This document shows positions 26,117 through 33,188 of a DNA stretch of 36,643 nt, one piece after another. Numbering within the stretch: the stretch's first letter is position 1; each line of letters begins with the position of its first letter. Under the pieces are notes generated by a model. That model ran no database searches. It was not told the DNA's origin and was given only the letters and a program-made list of their open reading frames with translations. A program made the translations under genes and the position numbers. The stretch is from Gammaproteobacteria bacterium (GTDB lineage: Bacteria > Pseudomonadota > Gammaproteobacteria > Ga0077536): assembly GCA_020851775.1 (NCBI GenBank), contig JADZCB010000123.1:1-36643 (forward strand). Reading direction: 5' to 3'.

Positions 26117-26144
26117 CACATGTCCCTCGACGTTGTCGTGACGG

Positions 26145-26630
26145 TCAGTTCGCACCCGGTGTGCGCAGCCGGATGATGCCCTTGCCGCGTACCGTCATCG
26201 CGACGTCGCCGGCCGGGTCGAACACCTCGACCTTGTGGAAGAAGAGCCCGCGATCGGGTTTCGATTGCGAGCGGCGCTTGTCGAGCACCGTGACACGAAC
26301 CGTCATCGTCGCACCCGGCCGCGTCGGCTTGTGCCAGGTGACTTCGTCGAGACCCGGCGAGCCGAGGCCTGCGACCGATGAAATGAAATGATCGGCGAGC
26401 AGACGCATCATCGCGCTGCCCGTGTGCCAGCCGCTCGCGATCAGACCGCCGAAGGGCGAGGCCGCGGCAGCGACCGGGTCGACGTGGAAGCGCTGCGGGT
26501 CGAAACGCTGCGCGAAATCGATGATTTCACGTTCGCTCAGGCTGAAGCTGCCGAGCTCGTATGTCGCACCGACCTCGTAGTCCTCGTAATAGCGATCGTC
26601 GGGCGGGGTGCCGAATTGGGCGTAGGTCAT
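26145..26630 (-). CDS. MaoC-like (R)-specific hydratase/dehydratase, hot-dog fold
   Basis: Internal ATG 26630..26628 of ORF 26145..26783. The protein begins MTYAQFGTPPDDRYYEDYEVGATYELGSFSLSEREIIDFAQRFDPQRFHVDP, followed by GGLIASGWHT. Length 161 aa. Confidence 0.85.
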   Translation of the reverse strand: MTYAQFGTPPDDRYYEDYEVGATYELGSFSLSEREIIDFAQRFDPQRFHVDPVAAAASPFGGLIASGWHTGSAMMRLLADHFISSVAGLGSPGLDEVTWHKPTRPGATMTVRVTVLDKRRSQSKPDRGLFFHKVEVFDPAGDVAMTVRGKGIIRLRTPGAN

Positions 26631-26748
26631 GGCGTGCTCACTGGAATCGAAGGCCGCACTATACCGCAGGGTCCGCAGTGGACGCCGACCGCCGCCCGCG
26701 TGCATCATGCGACCACTTTGATGGTGGCAGCGCGGGTCGGGGGCACGC

Positions 26749-27348
26749 GTGGCGAATCTGTGGGTCCTCGTGTTCGTCGGCACCCTGGTGTGGTCGGGTA
26801 TCCATCCGAAGGATTACGCGACCTGGGCGCTGGAAGTGTCGCCGGCGGTGATCGGTCTGTTCCTGCTGTGGGCGACGCGGCGCGCGTTCCCGCTGACGAC
26901 GCTCGTCTATGTCCTCGTGCTGATCCACTGCGTGATCCTGATGATCGGCGGACATTACACCTACGCGGAAGTCCCGCTCGGAGAATGGGTCAAGCCACTG
27001 TTCGGCTTCGAGCGCAACCATTACGACAAGCTCGGACACTTCGCGCAGGGCTTCGTGCCGGCACTGATCGCACGCGAAATCCTGATCCGGCGTCGCGTGC
27101 TGGCACGCCGCGGCTGGCTCGGCTTTCTCGTCGTCTGCGTCTGTCTCGCGCTGAGCGCGGTCTACGAACTGCTCGAATGGGCCGTCGCCGTGCTCTCCGA
27201 ACGCGGCGCGGCTGCCTTCCTCGGCACCCAGGGCGACGTCTGGGACACGCAGTCGGACATGGCGTTCGCCGGTCTCGGTGCGATCGTCGCGCTGCTCGTG
27301 CTGCGTCGCTGGCACGATCGCCAGTTGCGGAAGTTCAGCTTGCTGTGA
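26749..27348 (+). CDS. yjdF: DUF2238 / YjdF-family inner-membrane protein
   Basis: 199 aa with a GTG start and multiple TM helices. The conserved region is GGHYTYAEVPLGEWVKPLFGFERNHYDKLGHFAQGFVPA...LGTQGDVWDTQSDM. Confidence 0.8.
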   Translation: MANLWVLVFVGTLVWSGIHPKDYATWALEVSPAVIGLFLLWATRRAFPLTTLVYVLVLIHCVILMIGGHYTYAEVPLGEWVKPLFGFERNHYDKLGHFAQGFVPALIAREILIRRRVLARRGWLGFLVVCVCLALSAVYELLEWAVAVLSERGAAAFLGTQGDVWDTQSDMAFAGLGAIVALLVLRRWHDRQLRKFSLL

Positions 27349-27398
27349 CGTCACTTGCGCTACGTGCACAGGGTTGAACTGGTCTTAAGCGCAGTCTT

Positions 27399-27544
27399 GC
27401 CATCGAGGACACCGAGGGGATGAGAGGGTTGGTTTCGTGCCCTGAGACCACAACGCCAACCCGGGATCCCGATGTCGCGGAAACATCCGAGCGCGGGTTG
27501 CGAGAGATTGCTTTCAATCTCTCTTGCCCTCGGTGTTCGGTGAC
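27399..27544. repeat. Intergenic repeat locus 2: inverted repeat of the same CAYNGAGGR family
   Basis: Left arm, 27399..27430: gcCATCGAGGACACCGAGGGGATGAGAGGgtt, three tandem 9-mers starting at 27401. Right arm, 27515..27544, has the reverse complement gtcaccgaaCACCGAGGGcaagagagattg. An internal 8-bp hairpin is formed by GAGAGATT (27502..27509) and AATCTCTC (27516..27523). Confidence 0.7.
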
Positions 27545-27885
27545 TGAATAGCAGAGCGTAAATATCGGTCACCGGGTGGGTGCCACCCCCGGGCGCCGGC
27601 ACCGGATAGCCCCGCGTCGACGCGCTCGAGTTCGTCCCTGTATCGCTCGAGCGCGCACGTCCTGTGCGCGCACGGTCGCCGCAGAACCATCCGGTACCAG
27701 CGCCCAGCCCGCGAACTTCGACTGAAGCAGATGTACGCTCAGCCAGCTAGAAAAGGGGGTGTAGACGGCTTGTGCCCGATACGGGTATCTACGGCCCTGC
27801 GGCCAGGCGAGAGCTCAAAAAGCGGGGTATTCGCAGGGCAGAAAGTTTGACCCAGCGCAGGCGTGGCCGGATCGGCCCGGCTATG

Positions 27886-27919
27886 CTCGGCCCTCGGAAT
27901 CACCCACCCGAGAGCCGAG
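27886..27919 (+). promoter_or_regulatory. 5'-UTR hairpin immediately upstream of the DUF3429 start codon
   Basis: CTCGGCCCTCGG (27886..27897) pairs with CCGAGAGCCGAG (27908..27919) at 11 of 12 positions, with a 10-nt loop (aatcacccac). The only purine-rich SD-like stretch (GAGAG, 27910..27914) sits in the 3' arm. The ATG is at 27926. Confidence 0.3.
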
Positions 27920-27925
27920 TTCGCC

Positions 27926-28399
27926 ATGATCGATGCCGCTGCCCGCGCCGTGAATCCCGTGCCGTCGACGGCCGGCTGGCTCGGGTATCTCGGTCTGCTG
28001 CCCTTCGTCGTCCAGACGCTGGCCGTCGTGTTCGGTCCGCAGGGCGAAGACAGTCTCGCCCACCATGCGGCCTTCGGCGTCGCGAGTTACGGCGCGGTCG
28101 TTCTGTCCTTCCTCGGTGGGATCACGTGGGGACTCACCGTTGCCAATCCGACCCTCGTGAACGTGCAGCGCAGTCGCGAACTGATTTACAGCATGCTGCC
28201 GGCGCTGGCCGCGTGGGCCGCGATCCTGCTGCCGACCGCGTTCACGCTCTGGTTCTGCGCGATCGGATTCAGCGTCACCTTCGCACACGACGTGCGCACC
28301 GCGCGCCTCCACGCACTGCCCGCCTGGTTCCTCCGTCTGCGCCTGCACCTGAGTGTCGGCGCCTTCGTCTGCATCGTGACGACGGCGTTGTGGTGGTGA
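27926..28399 (+). CDS. DUF3429-family membrane protein
   Basis: Internal ATG 27926 of ORF 27863..28399. The protein begins MIDAAARAVNPVPSTAGWLGYLGLLPFVVQTLAVVFGP, followed by SYGAVVLSFLGGITWG. It has about 4-5 TM helices. Confidence 0.72.
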   Translation: MIDAAARAVNPVPSTAGWLGYLGLLPFVVQTLAVVFGPQGEDSLAHHAAFGVASYGAVVLSFLGGITWGLTVANPTLVNVQRSRELIYSMLPALAAWAAILLPTAFTLWFCAIGFSVTFAHDVRTARLHALPAWFLRLRLHLSVGAFVCIVTTALWW

Positions 28400-28453
28400 G
28401 GCCTCAATCGCGGCTGCCGCCGCTCCTGCGGTGAATCTTCCCGCTTTACATGC

Positions 28454-29329
28454 TCAGTGTGCGAGCAGCAGATTGCACGGGCGCTTCTTCAGGAAATGGC
28501 TCGTGAAATCGCCGAAGAACAGGCGCTGCAGGCGCGAATGCGAATACGCACCCATCACCAGCAGATCGGCACCCACTTCCCCGTAGAGATCTGCGAGCTG
28601 ACGTTGCGGTGAGTCGGCGGCCTGGATCACCAGCGGCGACGTCGCCACGCTGTGCACGTTCATCAGGTAGTCGGCGATGTCCTGCACCGACGGCATCGCC
28701 GGCGCTTCGTTGTCGTCCTCGATCGCGACGAGATAGACCTGGCGGGCCTTGCGGAACAGGGGCAGCGCGTAGCGCAGCGCGTGTTTCGCCGCGGCCGACG
28801 GCTTCCACGCGTAGACCATCGTCATCGCTTCGAGGCTGGCCGCCACCGGCGCATGCGCAATCAGCGCCAGCGGCGCCCCTGCTGCGACGAGCACCTGTTC
28901 GATCGCGGGCTGCAGCACGGCCGGCGGCAGATCGAAGCTGGCGACGATCATGTCGTGCGTGAAACCCATCGCCGCGAGCACCGGGCGCGGATCGCTGCCC
29001 AGATCCAGTGGTTCACCCCAGATCAGGTGACCTGCCGAGGCCGACGCGCGGTAGGCGGCCTGTGCCGCCTCGGCATGGCTCGCGCGCTGGGTTTCGCAGG
29101 TACGCATCAGGTATTCCTGCGCGCGGCTCACGCCATCGACTTCGATCAGCGCCCGGTATTCCGCGCGCTGATCCGGCGACAGCAGACTCAGCATGTCCGC
29201 CGCATAGCGACAGGCGACCGAGGCGCCGAGCCCGTCGGCCACCGCAGCCGAGAACGCCAGCGCGCCCTGTTCGTTCGGCGTACCCGCATACAACAACGAC
29301 ACGTTCGTCAGCATCGGAATCCCATCCAT
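28454..29329 (-). CDS. Tandem universal stress protein (UspA family)
   Basis: 291 aa. The C-terminal USP motif is GADLLVMGAYSHSRLQRLFFGDFTSHFL. There are two USP-like halves. An alternative start is ATG 29314 (MLTNVS...). Confidence 0.8.
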   Translation of the reverse strand: MDGIPMLTNVSLLYAGTPNEQGALAFSAAVADGLGASVACRYAADMLSLLSPDQRAEYRALIEVDGVSRAQEYLMRTCETQRASHAEAAQAAYRASASAGHLIWGEPLDLGSDPRPVLAAMGFTHDMIVASFDLPPAVLQPAIEQVLVAAGAPLALIAHAPVAASLEAMTMVYAWKPSAAAKHALRYALPLFRKARQVYLVAIEDDNEAPAMPSVQDIADYLMNVHSVATSPLVIQAADSPQRQLADLYGEVGADLLVMGAYSHSRLQRLFFGDFTSHFLKKRPCNLLLAH

Positions 29330-29396
29330 TTCATGGTGATATTGTCAGCATAGACAGCCGTCGGGCCGGACCCTTGATCCAGCGCACCGCCACGAC

Positions 29397-30182
29397 TCAT
29401 CCATCGGCGCTCTGCCGCTCCCGGGCGACACAGTCCCACGCTTCGCGCAGCAAAGGAGCCAGACGCTCGACCCAGGTGCGCTGCCCTGCGGCCGACGCAA
29501 CCGTGTCCTGGCGCAGTTCTATCAGCACGTGCGGGAGCGCTCGCCGCTCGCCGTGCACCGGCACGCCGTAGTCGCCGTCGTCGGTGAGGCGATACGGGAT
29601 GTTGTCGCCGACGTTCAGCACGTGCTCGCGCTGCAACGCGTGGATCAGGCACTCGGCGACGCGACGATCGCGATTCGACAGCAACGCGATTTCCCACGGT
29701 CGCGCGACGCCGGCATAGACCGGCGTGAAGCTGTGGATCGCGACGAGCAGCGTGCCCTGACCGCGCGCGGCACGCGCATCGAGCAGTTGCTCGATCGCGG
29801 CGTGATACGGCGCGTACAACGCCGCGTGACGTTGCACCTTCGCGGCTTCAGCGAGATCCGCGTTGCCGGGCACGGCAGTGTGCTCGCTCTGCAGCGGACA
29901 GAGATCGGGCCGGTGCAGCGGGCGGTTCAGATCGATCACGAGGCGCGAATAGCCGCTCGCGACCAGTGTCGCGTCGAGCGCGGCGGACAGACCGCGCGCG
30001 ACTGCCAGCGCGCCGATGTCCCAGGCGATGTGTCGCTCGCGTTCGGTCGCCGGCACGCCGAGATCGCCGAGCGCCTCGGGCACGCGGTTGCTCGCATGAT
30101 CGCAGGTCAGGAAGAACGGCGACGCGGCATCCGCGCGAACCACCTCGACCGCCGGCGGTTCATGGGGACCCAGCAGCGTCAC
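29397..30182 (-). CDS. N-formylglutamate amidohydrolase (FGase, PF05013) family hydrolase
   Basis: GTG start 30182..30180 inside track ORF 29397..30635 (in frame). It overlaps the upstream stop as GTGA. Family motifs are FFLTCDHASNRVPEALG, HIAWDIGA and GYSRLVIDLNR. Length 261 aa, typical for the family. Confidence 0.82.
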   Translation of the reverse strand: MTLLGPHEPPAVEVVRADAASPFFLTCDHASNRVPEALGDLGVPATERERHIAWDIGALAVARGLSAALDATLVASGYSRLVIDLNRPLHRPDLCPLQSEHTAVPGNADLAEAAKVQRHAALYAPYHAAIEQLLDARAARGQGTLLVAIHSFTPVYAGVARPWEIALLSNRDRRVAECLIHALQREHVLNVGDNIPYRLTDDGDYGVPVHGERRALPHVLIELRQDTVASAAGQRTWVERLAPLLREAWDCVARERQSADG

Positions 30183-30703
30183 GTCGGCACCTCGCCGTCC
30201 GGGTAGAGTTCGGGGTGCCGGTAGCGCTTGGCCCATCCGAAGCCCTGCCAGGTCGTCAGCTTCTTCGGCACGATCTTGAAGGTCCAGCAGGGCTCGACAT
30301 TGACGCCGCCGCGATACGACTCGGCCTTCGCACCGAGGTAACGCGGACCGGTGTGTCGTTCGCCGATCTGGTTCCAGATCGATTTCTCGCCGTTCATCAG
30401 ATGCGGTCCGACGGCTGCTTCGACGACGACGGCCGTGCCCTCGCAGATCACCTTGCGGATCGGGGCTTCCGGTTCGTCGACGACCAGCGACACGCGCGGA
30501 TCGAGTGCCATGTAATGGCACCATTCCGAACGTTCGCGGCCGACGATCCAGAATGCGCTGCCGTCCCAGTGGTACCAGACGGGGATCACGTAGGGCCAGC
30601 CGTCGGGCTTCAGACAGCCGAGACGGGCGAGCCACGGGCCCCGCAGAAATTCGTTCATCTCCTGCGGCGTCATGCCGCCGAGCTTGCCGCGCCAGTCACT
30701 CAT
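30179..30703 (-). CDS. Pyridoxamine-5'-phosphate-oxidase-like (split-barrel flavin/deazaflavin-binding) family protein
   Basis: 174 aa. The sequence reads MSDWRGKLGGMTPQEMNEFLRGPWLARLGCLKPDGWPYVIPVWYHWDGSAFWIVGRERS...DPRVSLVVDE. A GAGGTG SD overlaps the GS-like stop. Confidence 0.78.
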   Translation of the reverse strand: MSDWRGKLGGMTPQEMNEFLRGPWLARLGCLKPDGWPYVIPVWYHWDGSAFWIVGRERSEWCHYMALDPRVSLVVDEPEAPIRKVICEGTAVVVEAAVGPHLMNGEKSIWNQIGERHTGPRYLGAKAESYRGGVNVEPCWTFKIVPKKLTTWQGFGWAKRYRHPELYPDGEVPT

Positions 30704-30712
30704 CGCCGCACC

Positions 30713-32182
30713 TCAGTAGACTTCGAAGTATTCCCGCTGCTCCCAGTCGGTGACGTGGGCCAGGAATCGTTCGATCTCGTGCTGCTTGATCGCGAGCAGA
30801 TAGTCGATGAACGAGTCCCCGAAGCCCGCGCGATAGACCGCATCCGTGCGCAGCGCCGCCGTCGCTTCCATCAGACTGCGCGGCAGTCGTGGTTTGTTCG
30901 ACTCGTAAGGCGAGGTTTCGAGCGGCCCGGGATCGAGCACGGCATCGATGCCGGCGAGACCGGCGACAATCTGCGAGGCCATGTAGAGATAGGGATTCGC
31001 ACAGGGTTCGCCCGCGCGATTCTCGATGTGGGTCGCGCGATCGCCGGGACCGCCGAGCACCCGGATCATCGCCGCGCGGTTCTCGCGCGCCCACGTGATG
31101 CGATCGGGGGCGAACGAGTTCGGGCGGTAGCGCTTGTAGCCGTTGATCGTCGGTGTCGAGAACACGCAGCCCGCCGGCGCATGGGCCAGCACGCCGGCGA
31201 CGTACTGCCGGCCCAGCGCGCTCAGGACCTCGCCGCCGTCGCCCATGTTCGCGAACAGGTTGGCACCGCTCTTCACGTCGCACAGCGACTGGTGCAGGTG
31301 CCAGCCGCTCGAGAAGAAATTCGGCAGTGCCGGGCGCGTCATGAACGTCGCGTGATAGCCATGACGCCGGCAGAGCTGTTTGGTCGCCGTGCGGAACAGC
31401 AGCATGTCGTCGGCGGCGCCGAGACCGCGTCGCGGATCGAAGGTGAATTCGCACTGACCGGGGCCCCATTCATCTTCCATCGTGCGCAACGGGAGTTCGA
31501 GCTTCTCGAGGTTGTCCTGCAGCATCTGGAGGATCGGGTCGATCTCGTCCTGCCGATCCTCGGTCAGATACTGGAACCCGTGCGCGATCGCGGAAACGCG
31601 CGGTGGATCCGGGGGCCAGCCGGATTGTGCGGGATCGAGCATGCGATCCTCGAGTTTGCAGATATAGAACTCGACCTCGAGGCCGGCGACGAACTCGAAG
31701 CCCCGCCGCGCCAGTTCGCGCAACTGGCGTTTCATCACCGCGCGCGTGTCGAACGGCATCGGCTCACCGCTCGCGAGATACATCTCGGACAGGATCCAAC
31801 CGGTGCGCTCGGCCCACGGCAACACCCGGAATGTCAGCGGATCGGGGACCAGGATCGCGTCGGGCCCACCCGCCAGCGCCGTCATGCCGAGCCCGGCATC
31901 GCTGCTGAACATCGGCGCGAACATGTTGTTCGTGGTGTCCATGAACAGCGTGGCGGTCTGGAAGTCGATGCCGTTCTTCAGCGCCAGCATGAAATCGTGG
32001 ACCATCACGTGCTTGCCGCGGACGACCCCGTGCTGATCGCCCCACGCGACGCGGATGGTGCGCAGACGGTGCCGCGCGATTTCCTCTTCTATCTGCGCGA
32101 GCGCGGCCTGCTGCTCTGCGGAGTAGAGGCCGTAACGGGTGACGAAATCGAGTTGGCCGACGCTGCCATCCTGAATACTCAT
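30713..32182 (-). CDS. Glutamine-synthetase-family protein (gamma-glutamyl-amine ligase-like paralog)
   Basis: Internal ATG 32182..32180 of ORF 30713..32314, with a GAGGGGGG SD upstream. The GS catalytic-domain pattern includes GLEVEFYI, EDEWGPGQCEFTF, FMTRPALPNFFSSGWHLHQSL, TINGYKRY and ENRAGEPCANPYL. Length 489 aa. Confidence 0.88.
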   Translation of the reverse strand: MSIQDGSVGQLDFVTRYGLYSAEQQAALAQIEEEIARHRLRTIRVAWGDQHGVVRGKHVMVHDFMLALKNGIDFQTATLFMDTTNNMFAPMFSSDAGLGMTALAGGPDAILVPDPLTFRVLPWAERTGWILSEMYLASGEPMPFDTRAVMKRQLRELARRGFEFVAGLEVEFYICKLEDRMLDPAQSGWPPDPPRVSAIAHGFQYLTEDRQDEIDPILQMLQDNLEKLELPLRTMEDEWGPGQCEFTFDPRRGLGAADDMLLFRTATKQLCRRHGYHATFMTRPALPNFFSSGWHLHQSLCDVKSGANLFANMGDGGEVLSALGRQYVAGVLAHAPAGCVFSTPTINGYKRYRPNSFAPDRITWARENRAAMIRVLGGPGDRATHIENRAGEPCANPYLYMASQIVAGLAGIDAVLDPGPLETSPYESNKPRLPRSLMEATAALRTDAVYRAGFGDSFIDYLLAIKQHEIERFLAHVTDWEQREYFEVY

Positions 32183-32195
32183 CGCTGCCCCCCTC

Positions 32196-32251
32196 TTGCA
32201 CACGATTGCTGGCGGGGAGTATAGAAACCGTCCCGGCGCGCGCCAACGGTT
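32196..32251 (+). promoter_or_regulatory. Candidate sigma-70-like promoter plus a palindromic operator in the divergent GS-like / isochorismatase-like intergenic region
   Basis: The promoter candidate is TTGCAC (32196..32201), an 18-nt spacer, then TATAGA (32220..32225). It is followed at once by the inverted repeat AACCGT (32226..32231) ... ACGGTT (32246..32251), which encloses the perfect palindrome GGCGCGCGCC (32235..32244). A strong SD, AGGAGA (32305..32310), precedes ATG 32317. Confidence 0.3.
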
Positions 32252-32316
32252 GCAACGTGGGCGCGGCGGCTCGCCTGCCCTGAACCCGCCGCCGGACCGC
32301 CGGCAGGAGAACACCG

Positions 32317-32994
32317 ATGCCCGCCGTGAAGACGCTCTACAGCCGTGAAATCGCGCTGCTGCCCGATCAGGCGGCGCTGCTGCTGATCGACATGCAGAAC
32401 TACTGCTGCCATCCGGACGGGGGGCTCTATCGCAACTGCCCGGCCGAGGAGCGGACGACGCGCTACGGCTGGTACCGCCGCCAGCTCGATGGCGTCGTCA
32501 TCCCGAACCTGCAACGTCTCGTCTCCGAGTGCCGCCAGAGCGACGTCGAGGTCCTGCACACCAACATCGAGGCACTGACCACCGATGGTCGCGAGCAGAG
32601 CCTCGACTACCGGATCAGCGGGATCCTGGTGCCGAAGGGTTCGTGGGATGGTCAGCCGATCGACGCGCTCGCACCGATCTGCGACGAGATCCGACTGCCG
32701 AAGACGGCCTCCAGTGTCTTCAATGCGACGCACATCGATTACGTGCTGCGCAACCTCGGCGTCACGCAACTCGTGATCGGCGGTGTCGTCACCGATCAGT
32801 GCGTCGAGTCGGCGGTGCGCGATGCCTGCGACCGCGGTTACCTCGTGACCCTCGTCACCGACGGCTGTACCACCTTCACGCCGGAGCGTCATCGCAACTC
32901 GCTCACGGCACTCGCCGGCTATTGCCGGCAGCGCCCGACCGAGGTCCTGATCGACGAATTCCGCGGCCTGCGCGATCGCACCTCCCTGCGTTGA
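32317..32994 (+). CDS. Isochorismatase-family cysteine hydrolase (amidase-type)
   Basis: 225 aa. The Asp context is ALLLIDMQNYC, the Lys context is RLPKTASSVF and the Cys context is LVIGGVVTDQCVESAVRDA. Confidence 0.88.
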   Translation: MPAVKTLYSREIALLPDQAALLLIDMQNYCCHPDGGLYRNCPAEERTTRYGWYRRQLDGVVIPNLQRLVSECRQSDVEVLHTNIEALTTDGREQSLDYRISGILVPKGSWDGQPIDALAPICDEIRLPKTASSVFNATHIDYVLRNLGVTQLVIGGVVTDQCVESAVRDACDRGYLVTLVTDGCTTFTPERHRNSLTALAGYCRQRPTEVLIDEFRGLRDRTSLR

Positions 32995-33012
32995 CCCAGG
33001 CGTGGTCGCGCT

Positions 33013-33041
33013 TTGACGTTGTCGCAACGCAACGCTACCAT
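33013..33041 (+). promoter_or_regulatory. Candidate sigma-70-like promoter for the E1/E2 operon
   Basis: TTGACG (33013..33018), an exactly 17-nt spacer, then TACCAT (33036..33041). It lies 148 nt upstream of ATG 33189. Pattern match only. Confidence 0.3.
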
Positions 33042-33074
33042 CGCCGCACACGCGTCGACGAACCGGTCGACGAT

Positions 33075-33120
33075 GAACACCGACAGCCACGAACCGCCCG
33101 CAGTGTTCTCCGTGGTGTTC
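33075..33120. repeat. Degenerate third copy of the CACCGAGG-type inverted repeat
   Basis: GAACACCgacagcCACG (33075..33091) faces CGTGGTGTTC (33111..33120). GAACACC pairs with GGTGTTC. The aacaccga core is shared with loci 1 and 2. Confidence 0.4.
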
Positions 33121-33188
33121 CCGATTCCAGGCGGCACAGACACCGGGCCTTGCTGCAAACGCCCAGGTCCGAAGCGAGCGAGCGCCTC

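Noticed and set aside
27346-27353. A TGACGTCA palindrome overlapping the yjdF stop codon.
   Set aside because: It is a single 8-bp palindrome with no partner site or nearby regulator, which is compatible with chance.
27731-27850. A 39-codon ORF (MYAQPARKGGVDGLCPIRVSTALRPGESSKSGVFAGQKV) in the long non-coding region.
   Set aside because: It uses codons that are rare for this genome (aga, aaa, gta, ata, tct, tca). It has no SD and no recognisable peptide features.
29966-32224. A 752-aa plus-strand ORF opposite the GS-like and PNPOx-like genes.
   Set aside because: It has the same reverse-complement-codon frame relationship (GS-like and PNPOx-like first nucleotides 32182 and 30703 are both congruent to 1 mod 3; ORF position 2 aligns with sense position 2). 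The composition is low-complexity and Arg-rich.
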